Assembly (NCBI GenBank): GCA_965116565.1
Contig: OZ220699.1
Coordinates: 57,837 to 121,836, forward strand
DNA from: Dehalococcoidia bacterium
GTDB lineage: Bacteria > Chloroflexota > Dehalococcoidia > Lucifugimonadales > UBA3495
Direction: 5' to 3'
DNA: 64,000 nucleotides
The notes under the pieces were generated by a model. The model saw only the letters and a program-made list of their open reading frames with translations. It searched no databases and was not told the DNA's origin. A program made the translations under genes and the position numbers. Positions 38,416 through 48,015 of this stretch are shown here, piece after piece. Numbering within the stretch: the first letter of the stretch is position 1; each line of letters starts with the position of its first letter.

Positions 38416-38666
38416 ATCGCCGGTCAATCAGCGGTTCGCCAAATCGTGCGGCATCTGGGCCGTGGACACCGAGGTGGCGGTTTGTCCGCAAGCATGATGC
38501 CAGCGATGTGATCGACGTGCGCCAAACCCTGGTTACCCGGCCGAACGGGTTTATGTACGGTCATGGGCGTTTCCACTCCGGCGGTTGACCGCTCATACCC
38601 GCGGTGTTAGCGTGCGCGTGATCGTCCAAGCCAATTTTTATGACCGATTGCGGGGAGAGTCCGTAC

Positions 38667-40958
38667 ATGGCAGGAGCGCTGGAACACATTCGGGTAATTG
38701 ATTTCGGGCAGTATATTTCGGGCCCGCTGGCAGGAATGCTGCTGGCGGACCAGGGCGCCGACGTCGTGCGGATTGACCCTCCCGGCGGGCCCCGCTGGAA
38801 GACGCCGGCCAACTCAACGTGGAACCGGGGCAAGCGGAGCATAACCCTGGACCTCAAGCGGGCCGATGACCTGGCGACTGCCCGGTCCCTCATAGCGGGC
38901 GCGGATGTGGTCGTCGAGAACTTCCGGCCCGGCACCATGGACCGGTTGGGGCTGGGGCCCGAGGAGATGACCAGGGACAACCCCGGTCTGGTCTACTGCT
39001 CCATCCCGGGATTTGCGCCGGACGATCCCAGGGCGGCCATGCCGGCTTACGAAGGGGTTGTGGGAGCAGCGTCGGCCACCTTCCGCCCGCCCAACGCCGA
39101 CAGCCCGCGACCGGTGTACACGGCCATTCCCATCGCCTCGGTGTATGGGGCCTTCCAGTCGGTGGTGGCCATTACCGTCGCCCTGAATGCCCGGGAGCGC
39201 GATGGCGTGGGGCAGCGGATAGAGGTTCCGCTGTTTGACAGCATGTTCCAGTCCATCGGGCGTTTCGGCGTGCGGGTGCATAACGCTTCCCCGACCGCGC
39301 CCACGCTGGCCGAACTGTGGGGCGGCATCTTCGAGTGCAGCGACGGCCGGTACGTGCGATTCGGCGGCCCAGGTAACCAGAACTTCCGGCACTTCGTCCA
39401 AGCCGCCGGGATCACATCCTGGGATGACGAGGGGCTGACCGACTTTGACCATCCCCTGGACGACCCTCAATTCCGGGCCGAGGCACATGCTCGGATTCGA
39501 GATCTCTTCCTAACTCGCACCGCGCAGGAATGGGAAGACCTGATCGCCGAGGCGGGCAGCGAGGGGGCGGTGTGCCGCACCAGCGCCGAGTGGTTTGACC
39601 ATCCCCACGCCCTGGCCTCGCAGATGGTGGTCGAGGTGGAAGACCCCACCTACGGCAAGATGCTGCAGCCTGGAATCAACGCCCGGATGTCCCTGACGCC
39701 GGGCAGGGTGCGCGGCCCGGCTCCAATTCCCGACCAGCATCGGGAGGAAATTCTCGCGGAACTGAAGCCTCGCCCCGCTGCTGAAACGCCGGCGTCTCAG
39801 GCGCTGACTACTCAGGACACCTTGCGCGCTGCCCTGGACGGGGTGAAGGTGCTGGACCTCTGCATCATCCTGGCCGGCCCGACCATGGGCCGGACGCTGG
39901 GCGAGTACGGGGCCAACGTCATCAAGATAGACAACCCCAGGCGTGGCTCCACCGTGGCCCGCCATAACGACATCAACCGGGGCAAGCGCAGCATCCTGCT
40001 GGACCTGAGATCGGACGAGGGTCGCGACGTCTTCTGGAAGTTGCTGGAGGATGCGGACGTGGTGGCCGAGAACTATCGGGCCGGCAGCCTGGAACGGCTG
40101 GGCCTGGGGTACGACGAGGTACGAAAACGCAAGCCCGACATCATCTACGCTTCGTTGAACGCCTACGGACACATCGGCCCCTGGGCGACGCGCCCCGGCC
40201 ACGAGGGGTTTGCCCAGGCCACCGCCGGCATGACCCGTCGCTTTGGTGGCGACGGCGTTCCAGAGTCGCAGCCCAATCCGGTGAACGACTACGGGACGGG
40301 TTTCATGGGCGCCTACGGGGTGGCTCTGGCCCTGCTGCACCGGCAACGCACCGGGGAGGGCCAGCATATTGACTCGGCCTTGGCCTACACCGCCATGACG
40401 CTGCAATCTCCTTTCATGCAAATGTACGAGGGCAAGGAGTGGAACGAGACCAACGGGCAGGACGCCCTGGGAACGGGCCCGTTGCACCGAGCCTACCAGG
40501 CCAGCGACGGCTGGTTCTTCATTGGAGCGCCGGAATCAGCCCTGCCGGGGATGTCGGGCTTGGAGGGACTCTCCGGAGTAGACTCCCTGAGGGGGGATGC
40601 CCTGGCTTCGTCGCTTGAAGAGCGCTTCCAGGGGAACAGCGTGGCCTTCTGGGTGGAACGGCTGGCCGCAGCCGGCATCGGAGCGCAGCGGGTGATCACC
40701 AACGTCAGAGAGCTGATGACCGACCCGTGGGTGGAGTCCCACGGACTGAGCCTCACCCGGGAGCACGACGAACTGGGGCCGGTGACCACCTGCGGCCCCG
40801 CGCCGCGGTTGTCGCGCACACCGGTGCGCCCGGGCATACCCGCGCCCAAGCCCGGTACCCACGCCCGGGAGATCCTGGAGGAACATGGTCTGGGGAGCCG
40901 GTACCAGACCCTGCTGGATTCGGGAGTGATACTTACGGATGGCGTGGCGGCAGGGTAG
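38667..40958 (+). CDS. Double-domain CaiB/BaiF family III CoA transferase
   Basis: Two repeats of L..(I/V)RV.D..I.GP....L...GA.V.(R/K)ID.P, NRGKRSI.LDL, ADVV.EN(F/Y)R.G. Confidence 0.92.
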   Translation: MAGALEHIRVIDFGQYISGPLAGMLLADQGADVVRIDPPGGPRWKTPANSTWNRGKRSITLDLKRADDLATARSLIAGADVVVENFRPGTMDRLGLGPEEMTRDNPGLVYCSIPGFAPDDPRAAMPAYEGVVGAASATFRPPNADSPRPVYTAIPIASVYGAFQSVVAITVALNARERDGVGQRIEVPLFDSMFQSIGRFGVRVHNASPTAPTLAELWGGIFECSDGRYVRFGGPGNQNFRHFVQAAGITSWDDEGLTDFDHPLDDPQFRAEAHARIRDLFLTRTAQEWEDLIAEAGSEGAVCRTSAEWFDHPHALASQMVVEVEDPTYGKMLQPGINARMSLTPGRVRGPAPIPDQHREEILAELKPRPAAETPASQALTTQDTLRAALDGVKVLDLCIILAGPTMGRTLGEYGANVIKIDNPRRGSTVARHNDINRGKRSILLDLRSDEGRDVFWKLLEDADVVAENYRAGSLERLGLGYDEVRKRKPDIIYASLNAYGHIGPWATRPGHEGFAQATAGMTRRFGGDGVPESQPNPVNDYGTGFMGAYGVALALLHRQRTGEGQHIDSALAYTAMTLQSPFMQMYEGKEWNETNGQDALGTGPLHRAYQASDGWFFIGAPESALPGMSGLEGLSGVDSLRGDALASSLEERFQGNSVAFWVERLAAAGIGAQRVITNVRELMTDPWVESHGLSLTREHDELGPVTTCGPAPRLSRTPVRPGIPAPKPGTHAREILEEHGLGSRYQTLLDSGVILTDGVAAG

Positions 40959-41188
40959 ATAGCTGCCCTGCCTCTGGAATCGGGGTCCCGTAAGCCGGCT
41001 GCGGCAAGCCGGAGGAACCGGCCCCATCATCGCAGGCGCCGGTTGATCCGGAGGCCCGTTGGCGCTTGATCCGCTACAACCCGGTCCGGCAAGACGTGAC
41101 GTGCTTCGTTGACATTGCGCCGTGTCGCCGGCGTTGGTAGCGCTGGTGCCATATAATGGCGCCGGCAAATGCAAGAGAGGTGAACGCT

Positions 41189-41605
41189 ATGGCGGAGTTG
41201 CAGCGGACGGCGATAACCAGCGATCGGGCCCCCCAACCCCTCGGCGCATACTCGGTCGGGATGTCGGTAAACGCGGGGAAGCTGATTTACGTAGCAGGGC
41301 AGGTTGGGGTGGACCTTTCGGGCGCCCTCGTGGGGCCCGGCGACGTCGCAGCCCAGACGCGCCAGGTTTTCCAGAACATCGGCGGCGTCCTGGAATCAGC
41401 CGGAGCCGGGTTCGACAACGTGGTGGAATTCACGACCTATGTCGTGGGGCGCGACTCGGTGCAGGGCTTCATCGACGGGCGAAACCAGGTCTTTCCGGAC
41501 ATTTTCCCCAACGGCGACTATCCGCCCAACACCCTGCTGGTGATCGATGGCCTGGTGCGCGAAGAGTTCCTGGTCGAAATCAAAGCGGTGGCGGCTCTCG
41601 CGTAG
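41189..41605 (+). CDS. RidA/YjgF family protein
   Basis: AP.P.GAYS, IYVAGQV, QT.QVFQNI..VL..AG, P..TL..I.GL......VEI.AVA. Confidence 0.9.
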   Translation: MAELQRTAITSDRAPQPLGAYSVGMSVNAGKLIYVAGQVGVDLSGALVGPGDVAAQTRQVFQNIGGVLESAGAGFDNVVEFTTYVVGRDSVQGFIDGRNQVFPDIFPNGDYPPNTLLVIDGLVREEFLVEIKAVAALA

Positions 41606-41641
41606 AGAGGCAGCAAGAGTCATCCGCGCCGCCGGCCGGGT

Positions 41642-42823
41642 TTACAGGAGCCGGCCCTTCAGCGACTCGAACTCCTGGCGGGTCAGGTAGCCCTGATCCA
41701 GCAGGCGGGCCAGGCGCTCCAGCTCGCCCACCAAGCCGCCGCCGTCCGAGGCAGGGTCCTGGGCGACCGAGCGATCCACCTGCTTCACGTCGGTCACGCC
41801 GCAGAGTCCCATGGCCACGCTGAGTTCGTTGCGCAGTATCTCCAGGCAGTGGCGGATTCCGTCCTCGCCGTTGACCGACAGCCCCCAGAATATGGGCCGG
41901 CCCACGAAGACCGCCCGCGCGCCCAACGCCAGCGCCTTCAGCACGTCGGCGCCCTTGCGCACGCCGCCGTCGAAATAGACCTCCAGGCGGTCGCCGACGG
42001 CGTCAGAGATCTTGGGCAGCATCTCGATGGTCCCTTCGGTACCCTGCAACGCGTGGCCACCGTGGTTTGAGACGACAAGGGCATCACAGCCGTACTCGGC
42101 GCAGAGCCGGGCGTCTTCGGCAGTTTGCACGCCCTTGATGACCAGCGGCATCGAGGTTATGGAGCGCAGCCACTCCAGGTCCGACCAGTTGAGGCCATGC
42201 TCGAAGCTCTCAGCAAAGTTCTCCCGCGTGGGCAGGTTGGGCAGCTCGATTCCCTGGAAGTTCTTCAGGGTGCGTTCCTGGTCCAGGGTGTAGGCGTAGC
42301 GGTACTCCCGCTCCCGGGAGTTTGCGCCCAGGTTGTCAACGGTGAGCATCATGGCCTTGTAGCCCGCGTTTTCCGCCCGGCGCACCAGGATCTCGGTCAG
42401 TTCCCGGTTCTGGAAGAAGTAGAGCTGGAACCAAAGCGAATTGGTGGCGACCTGGGCCACTTCCTCGATGCTGTAGCTGGAGGCGGTGCTGAGACCCAGG
42501 ATGGTCCCTGCAGCGCCGGCGGCCCGAGTGGAAGCCAACTCGCCCATGGGGTGGGCGCGCTGGTGGGTCCCGGTGGGGGCCAGCATCACCGGCATGCTGA
42601 TCTCTTCGCCCAAGACCGTGGTGGTCATATCGCGTTCGGTGACGTCCACCAGGATCCGGGGACGCAGCTTGACCTCGCTCATGGCCTGGACGTTGGTGGT
42701 GTTGGTTATCCAGTCGGGCGCGCCCAGGTCGCCGAACAGCCGGTCGAACAGGGCCTGGGGCATGGTCTGTTTGGCCCGGGCTTCGTAGTCTCCAATGGTC
42801 AGCAGGGTCGGTTGCGTGGTCAT
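41642..42823 (-). CDS. FMN-dependent alpha-hydroxy acid oxidase family protein with C-terminal SHOCT
   Basis: LRPRIL, APTG, WFQLY, LTVD, PLVIKG, VSNHGG, DGGVRKG.DVLKALALGA, GRP; tail ELERLARLLDQGYLTRQEFESLK. Confidence 0.88.
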   Translation of the reverse strand: MTTQPTLLTIGDYEARAKQTMPQALFDRLFGDLGAPDWITNTTNVQAMSEVKLRPRILVDVTERDMTTTVLGEEISMPVMLAPTGTHQRAHPMGELASTRAAGAAGTILGLSTASSYSIEEVAQVATNSLWFQLYFFQNRELTEILVRRAENAGYKAMMLTVDNLGANSREREYRYAYTLDQERTLKNFQGIELPNLPTRENFAESFEHGLNWSDLEWLRSITSMPLVIKGVQTAEDARLCAEYGCDALVVSNHGGHALQGTEGTIEMLPKISDAVGDRLEVYFDGGVRKGADVLKALALGARAVFVGRPIFWGLSVNGEDGIRHCLEILRNELSVAMGLCGVTDVKQVDRSVAQDPASDGGGLVGELERLARLLDQGYLTRQEFESLKGRLL

Positions 42824-42856
42824 GGGTCCTCCTTGTTGACGGGGTCCCGGCAGGAG

Positions 42857-43870
42857 CTAAAGAGCGTGCAGCGCCGGTATTACCTCCCGGCCCACCAGGT
42901 CGATATGCTCCAGCACCTCGGCCTGGGACATCTCCGGGTAGAACAACCGGATGGCCACGTCGGTGAACCCCATCTCGTGGTAGGCGGCGATCTGCTCGAC
43001 ACACTCCTCGGGACTGCCCACCAGGAAGGTGTCGTCCATCAGCGTCTCCAGGTCGCCGGTCACCTTCCGCGTCAACTCGTCGTCGGCCCCGTGCAGACCG
43101 TGATGGGCATAGACCTCGTACTTCCTGGCGAGTTTGGCGGTGGCGCGCTCCAATGCTTCCTCGTGAGTCGGGGCGCAATAGAACTCGCGGACGATGACCA
43201 TATCCTCGGGAACGTCGTGGCCGTTCTCCTCCAGAGTCTGATGGTACAGGGATATCTGGCGCCGGATGGCAGCGTTGGACTGGGCGGGCCCGACGTAGAA
43301 GATATCGCCACTCCGGCCGACCCGGCGCACCGCCGGATCGCTCATCGCAGCCTGCCAGATCTTCGGGTGAGGCTGCTGGTAGGGCCGGGCGGTGGGCCGC
43401 GCCCCGGTCACATGGTAGTAGCGGCCGTGGTGGGTCACCTCGTCGTCGCTCCACAGGCGGCGCATCAGGCCGAGGGCCTCGGTGCAACGGGCGCCGCGCT
43501 CGGACATCCTGGTTCCGAAGGCTTCAAACTCCTCCGGCCGGTAGCCCAGCCCGATGCCCAGGATGAAGCGTCCTTCCGCGATGTGGTCCAGCGTAGCGGC
43601 CTGCTCGGCGACATCCACCGGATTCAGCAGCGGCAGCAACAGAACCGACGTTGCCAGCGTCATATTGCCCGGCTCGGCGGCCAGACGAGCCAGCACGGGC
43701 CAAGGCTGGAAGTGCTGGAAGGGATCGATCAGGTAGTGGTGCCCCCAGCAATAGATGTCGAACCCGGCGTCGCGAGAGGCGCGGAACTGCTCCAAGTGGT
43801 TCTGCCACTGTTGCTGATGGTCGATGCTGTCCCGCTGCACCACGTGCCCAACCTGATAACCAACGCGCAT
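42857..43870 (-). CDS. Luciferase-like monooxygenase (LLM)
   Basis: GFD..WGHH, LLPL.NPV.VAEQAATLD....GRFILGIGLGYR.EF, P.Q.PHP.IW. Confidence 0.9.
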   Translation of the reverse strand: MRVGYQVGHVVQRDSIDHQQQWQNHLEQFRASRDAGFDIYCWGHHYLIDPFQHFQPWPVLARLAAEPGNMTLATSVLLLPLLNPVDVAEQAATLDHIAEGRFILGIGLGYRPEEFEAFGTRMSERGARCTEALGLMRRLWSDDEVTHHGRYYHVTGARPTARPYQQPHPKIWQAAMSDPAVRRVGRSGDIFYVGPAQSNAAIRRQISLYHQTLEENGHDVPEDMVIVREFYCAPTHEEALERATAKLARKYEVYAHHGLHGADDELTRKVTGDLETLMDDTFLVGSPEECVEQIAAYHEMGFTDVAIRLFYPEMSQAEVLEHIDLVGREVIPALHAL

Positions 43871-44028
43871 TTGCTCATCCTTATGTCAATATCAAAAGGC
43901 CCCAGGCTCCGACCTAACAGTATCTATTGACGACGCCCATACTTTACGGGCCGGAGCGGCTACGGGCCAGCCCCAGGGGAACTACAGGGCGTGCAAGCTC
44001 TTGATTCGTCTCGCCATCACGGGGTTGT

Positions 44029-44457
44029 TCAACCAGAAATCGCGTCCGCGCTCCGCACGTGAAACTGCAACCTGCGGTCGGTCGGATCATGCACCATCAG
44101 CCACCGGCTGAGCACGTCTTGCCCCAACACGGACGGCAGTCCGCTGCCCACCTGTTCCGGTTTGCCAACGCGAACATCGAGATTGTAAACGTAAGTGGCC
44201 GTACTGTCCGAGTCCAGAAACGTAAGCGTGCCTCGCTCCAAAAATCGCTCGGACCTGCCTCCTACACCAACGATGTGCTCACTACGCTCCAAGTGGTCGA
44301 AGGGCAATCGAAGCGCAATGCTGTCCCTCGGATGGAGGCAGGTCACCGAGGCTCCCGTATCCACCAGGAAACCGACAGCGCCGAACACTGCGAGACGTGG
44401 TATCCCGATTACTGCCGAAACATAAGGCTGGATACCCTTGAACTCGCCGATTATCAC
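44029..44457 (-). CDS. Retropepsin-like aspartyl protease
   Basis: FLVDTGAS.T; GVGG flap; SVLGQDVL. Confidence 0.8.
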   Translation of the reverse strand: MIIGEFKGIQPYVSAVIGIPRLAVFGAVGFLVDTGASVTCLHPRDSIALRLPFDHLERSEHIVGVGGRSERFLERGTLTFLDSDSTATYVYNLDVRVGKPEQVGSGLPSVLGQDVLSRWLMVHDPTDRRLQFHVRSADAISG

Positions 44458-44732
44458 AGAACGATTACCTGGGGTTCAGCGCTCACAAACTCCAGCACTA
44501 CGGTCCCGCCGGCCATTCCCTGGCCGTCGATGGCGGCCATCACCGCCTCCGGAGATTCACCGTGTACCACAACTTCGTCAACGCTCATGCCAACCCAGTA
44601 GTCATCGTCAGGCGCCGCCGCCGCCGCGATTGCGTCTCTCAAAAGCGCCACCAACCTAGCGTGTTCGTCCAGCATTGCCGAAACCGTAGCTGCCTTAGTG
44701 GTTGCGCCGTCGGAACTTTCGCTTGCCGCCAT
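44454..44732 (-). CDS. Small DUF5678-like protein, coupled to the aspartyl protease
   Basis: PD..WVG......VV.GES...V......QG......V.EFV...P....L; overlapping stop/start. Confidence 0.6.
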   Translation of the reverse strand: MAASESSDGATTKAATVSAMLDEHARLVALLRDAIAAAAAPDDDYWVGMSVDEVVVHGESPEAVMAAIDGQGMAGGTVVLEFVSAEPQVIVL

Positions 44733-44840
44733 TTTCCCTGACCTCTTGCTCGGTTGGATCATCCATCTCAAATTGTACTAGTTTGCGGAGGCCTGCGTTG
44801 GCGCGAAGTAGGCGAGCCCTTGTCTGCTTTGCAACCAGGC

Positions 44841-45734
44841 TTAGCCCCCGACGTGGCGGTACTTGATGAGGCGCTCACCCTCGAGGTTCTGGTTGACGTA
44901 GATGTCGCCGTGGGAGTCCACCCAGACGGCGTGGGCGCCGTTGCCCCAGCCGGCGTCCGACGGACTGCCCCAGCGGGCCAGGACGTTGCCGTTGATGTCC
45001 AGGATGGACATGAAGCCGTCCAGTTCCGGCACGAACACTGCCTCATCGTCGTCGATGTAGATGTCGCAGGGCCGCGCCAGGTCGGGCCACTGTTCCAGGA
45101 AGCTGCCCTCGGAGTCGAAGATCTGCATCCGGTTGTTCTCGCGGTCGGCCACGAACACCCGCCCGTCGGTGTGCACCCAGACCCCGTGGGGGACGTGGAA
45201 TTCGCCGGGGGCAGTCTTGCCCGGCTCGCCCCAGGAGTCCACCAGTTCGCCGGCGGCGGTGAACCGGTGCACGCGGGCGTTGCCGTAGCCGTCGGAGATA
45301 TACAGCAGGCCGTCCGGAGAGATGGCAATGTCGCTGGGGCGGTTGAACGGGCCGGCCGCCCGGACCGCCGGGTCGCTGTAGTTACCCGACCAGCCGGTGT
45401 CGGAGGGTTGGTCCCACTCGCCCATGGTCATCAGCAGGTTGCCGCTGGGGTCGTACTTGAGCACCACGTGGCTGTTCTTGACCGGCAGGTAGAGGTTCTC
45501 GTCGTCGTCGATGAACATGCCATGGGCGTCGGTGAGAACGCCCTCGCCCCAGGAGGCGAGGTAGTTGCCGTCGCGGTCGAGGACGATCAACGGGTGATCG
45601 CCGCGGTTGAAGAGATAGACCCGGTCCTCGGAGTCGGTGACGATGGCCGTCTGGCCCAACTCCCACCCATCGGGAAGCTTCTCCCAGTTCTCGACCCGCT
45701 CGTAGGTGTACTTGCCATTGCCGACGGTTGCCAT
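44841..45734 (-). CDS. NHL-repeat protein (peptidyl-alpha-hydroxyglycine lyase-like)
   Basis: DSEDRVYLFNRGDHP, AHG, FNRPSDIA, SDGYGNARVH, F.VPHG, VADRENNR.Q.F. Confidence 0.88.
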   Translation of the reverse strand: MATVGNGKYTYERVENWEKLPDGWELGQTAIVTDSEDRVYLFNRGDHPLIVLDRDGNYLASWGEGVLTDAHGMFIDDDENLYLPVKNSHVVLKYDPSGNLLMTMGEWDQPSDTGWSGNYSDPAVRAAGPFNRPSDIAISPDGLLYISDGYGNARVHRFTAAGELVDSWGEPGKTAPGEFHVPHGVWVHTDGRVFVADRENNRMQIFDSEGSFLEQWPDLARPCDIYIDDDEAVFVPELDGFMSILDINGNVLARWGSPSDAGWGNGAHAVWVDSHGDIYVNQNLEGERLIKYRHVGG

Positions 45735-45789
45735 GTCGTCACCTCCTCGCTCGTGCCCGGTGGCCCCGGGATGTGAGTTGTTGGTTGAT

Positions 45790-46347
45790 CTAGTAAGTTG
45801 TCAGCGTATCGATAACCGCCTGCTGCAACTCGCCGGCGCGGACTGAGACCTGGTCGGGGGCCAGGCCGCCCAGCGGGTGGGGGATGCCCAGCGGGTGGAA
45901 GTCGCCCCGGCCGAAGGTGCGGGCGTGGCGGAAGGCCGAGTTCAGGAACGGGTCGGTGCAGAGCACCACCGTGGGGATGCCGAGGTTCTCCAGGGACATT
46001 GCGTCGTGCACACTGCACGCGGTGCAGGACCCTCAATCCGCAATCGCAGTCACCACGAAGTCGCACCGCTGGGAGAGATCGGCGATGATGTCATCGGCGG
46101 CCGGCCGGGAATAGACGAACTTGTCCACGGTGACGAGGTCGCCCAACTCCAGGTCCTTAGCCATGCGCTCGCCGATGTTCCGCAGCAGGAGGTCGGCGTT
46201 GGCCTTGCGGTTGCCCAAGAGGCCGCCGACCTTGTGGTGCAGCGTTTCCAGCCGGGGCGCGGCCCGCCAACGGGACGCCGCGTCCGGGTCGATGGGCAGG
46301 GACAAACCCATTTCGCGCATTCGGGCCTGGTAGTCGGTTGCAGTCAT
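45790..46347 (-). CDS. UGSC-family selenoprotein (185 aa, Sec at codon 105)
   Basis: ORFs 46033..46347 and 45790..46011 are one frame joined by TGA 46033-46035: AIAD-U-GSCTACSVHD...GIPTV; SECIS-like hairpin follows. Confidence 0.85.
46003..46020 (-). promoter_or_regulatory. Candidate bacterial SECIS hairpin
   Basis: CGUGCA-GUG-UGCACG stem-loop; loop starts with G at +20 from UGA. Confidence 0.55.
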
Positions 46348-46734
46348 GGTTACCTCGGTAATCGTTAGAATCAGGATTGGCCGGATTGGAGGATTTGCAG
46401 GGTTGGGGGTGGGATGGCGATTTTTGTGGAATCCCGCTCATTTCCGCTCATTTCCGTTCGCTCCAAGTAGGGGACGGAGGTGGATGATGGGGGTAAATGG
46501 GGGTTGTTGGGCGGGGTTTGGGGGGTGATATTGACCGTTTTGGGGGCAAATGGGCGGATCCGGAGGAGCGGCGCAATGGTCAGGATGGGGGTTTTTACAT
46601 GGCTGATCGGGATTGAGTGGGTGGTGGAATGGCGGCGACAGAGCCGGATGATTGGGTGATGCGACGGATCTGAGCGATTGGATGGTTAAACGATAAGAGG
46701 GACGGGCGGGAAGGCGCAAGGAGACAATGTCAGG

Positions 46735-47766
46735 TCAGCGTTCGATCTTGCGCGTCACCCGGCGTGAGCCCCAGCCAGGCAGGTAGGCAGAGTGGGGGCC
46801 GCCGGCGCCGCCGGCGACGAAAATGTTGATGCGGTCCGGCGCGCGGACCACCGGCACCATCTGGTCGTCGTCCTCGGCGTCGATGTACCTGGGCCAGAAG
46901 TGGCCGCGTCGGGAGTCACCCTGGGGCGGGCCGCCCTGACGGAGTTTGCGCACCGGCTTGCGAGCGTGCTCGTAGAGGAACTGGCGGATGTCCCGCTTGT
47001 TCCAGCCGTCGCGGTGCAGGAACTTGGCGTGCTCCGGGCCGATGACCACCATGGTGTCGCCCATCACGTACATCTGGACGTTGCCCAGGGTGCACATGGT
47101 GTCGGCAAGAACGGTCAGGAAGTTCCGCGAGTGGGAGGCGTGGTACATGATGTTGTGCGGCGCCTCCGCCGGGAACACCGACACCGTGCTGTCGGTGGGC
47201 GCGAAGCCAAGCTCGACGTGCATCGGCTCCCAGGGGTTGGCGTCCTCGTCCTCGGCGACGCAGTAGGTGTAGGCGCCGGGGTGGCCGAAGGTGGCCTTGT
47301 TGGTCTCGCCGGGTATGGCGCCGCCCAGGTTGAGCAGGGCCAGCTTGACGGCGCGGCCGATGGTGGCATTGGCCCGCCAGCCGGAGCCGAAGCAATTGTA
47401 GCCGCCGTTGATGTCCAGCTCTTTGACGATGGGGCCGTTTATAATCAACAGCGGAGTGTGGATGCCGGTGGAACACATCACGCCGCGCAGGTTGAACCGC
47501 TCGTCCATCATCGCTTCGAGGGCGGTGATGATCACCGGCATGTGCTCCGGCACACAGCCCGCCATAACGGCGTTGACCGCGATGCGCTCGACGGTGGCGC
47601 GTCCGCCCAGGGGCGGAAGTTCCGCGATGAGTTCGTCGCCCCCGCGGCCGGTGATCTCCACGAACTTGCGGACCAGGTTTTCGGACGGCGGCACGACGGG
47701 CAGACCATCGGTCCACCCGGTCTCGAACATCAACTCAATAGCATCGGAAACGTCGGTGGCAAGCAT
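46735..47766 (-). CDS. Conserved hypothetical protein (WTDGLP family) typically found beside UGSC proteins
   Basis: GWTDGLPVVPP, ATVE.IA.NAVMAGC.P, INGP, RANATIGRA..L...N.GG, W.P.H. Confidence 0.75.
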   Translation of the reverse strand: MLATDVSDAIELMFETGWTDGLPVVPPSENLVRKFVEITGRGGDELIAELPPLGGRATVERIAVNAVMAGCVPEHMPVIITALEAMMDERFNLRGVMCSTGIHTPLLIINGPIVKELDINGGYNCFGSGWRANATIGRAVKLALLNLGGAIPGETNKATFGHPGAYTYCVAEDEDANPWEPMHVELGFAPTDSTVSVFPAEAPHNIMYHASHSRNFLTVLADTMCTLGNVQMYVMGDTMVVIGPEHAKFLHRDGWNKRDIRQFLYEHARKPVRKLRQGGPPQGDSRRGHFWPRYIDAEDDDQMVPVVRAPDRINIFVAGGAGGPHSAYLPGWGSRRVTRKIER

Positions 47767-48015
47767 TATCGACCCGTAAGGAAATCTGGATTATCCGTAT
47801 CTCAGGCCAAGCGAGTGTAAGTCTCGCACATAGCGGTGTCAACGCGACCATCGTCCACAACCCTCGCGACAACCCCTGCGTTTTGGGACACGTTTCAACC
47901 CACGACTCCCGGTTCTCCCAACCACCGTTTTAGTCCGCGCCGCGGCTCGGGCCCTGCGGACATCCGCTCATGGACGTGGGTGAAGGTACTGGAGCGTCCC
48001 GATCGCGGAGAGCCG

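Noticed and set aside
46015-46027. CUGCAC-CGC-GUGCAG hairpin as the SECIS
   Set aside because: The loop is too close to the UGA and starts with C; the hairpin with its loop at +20 fits better.
45790-46347. Two separate small genes or a nonsense pseudogene
   Set aside because: Same frame, the stop is TGA within the UGSC motif, and a hairpin follows, so Sec read-through is more parsimonious.
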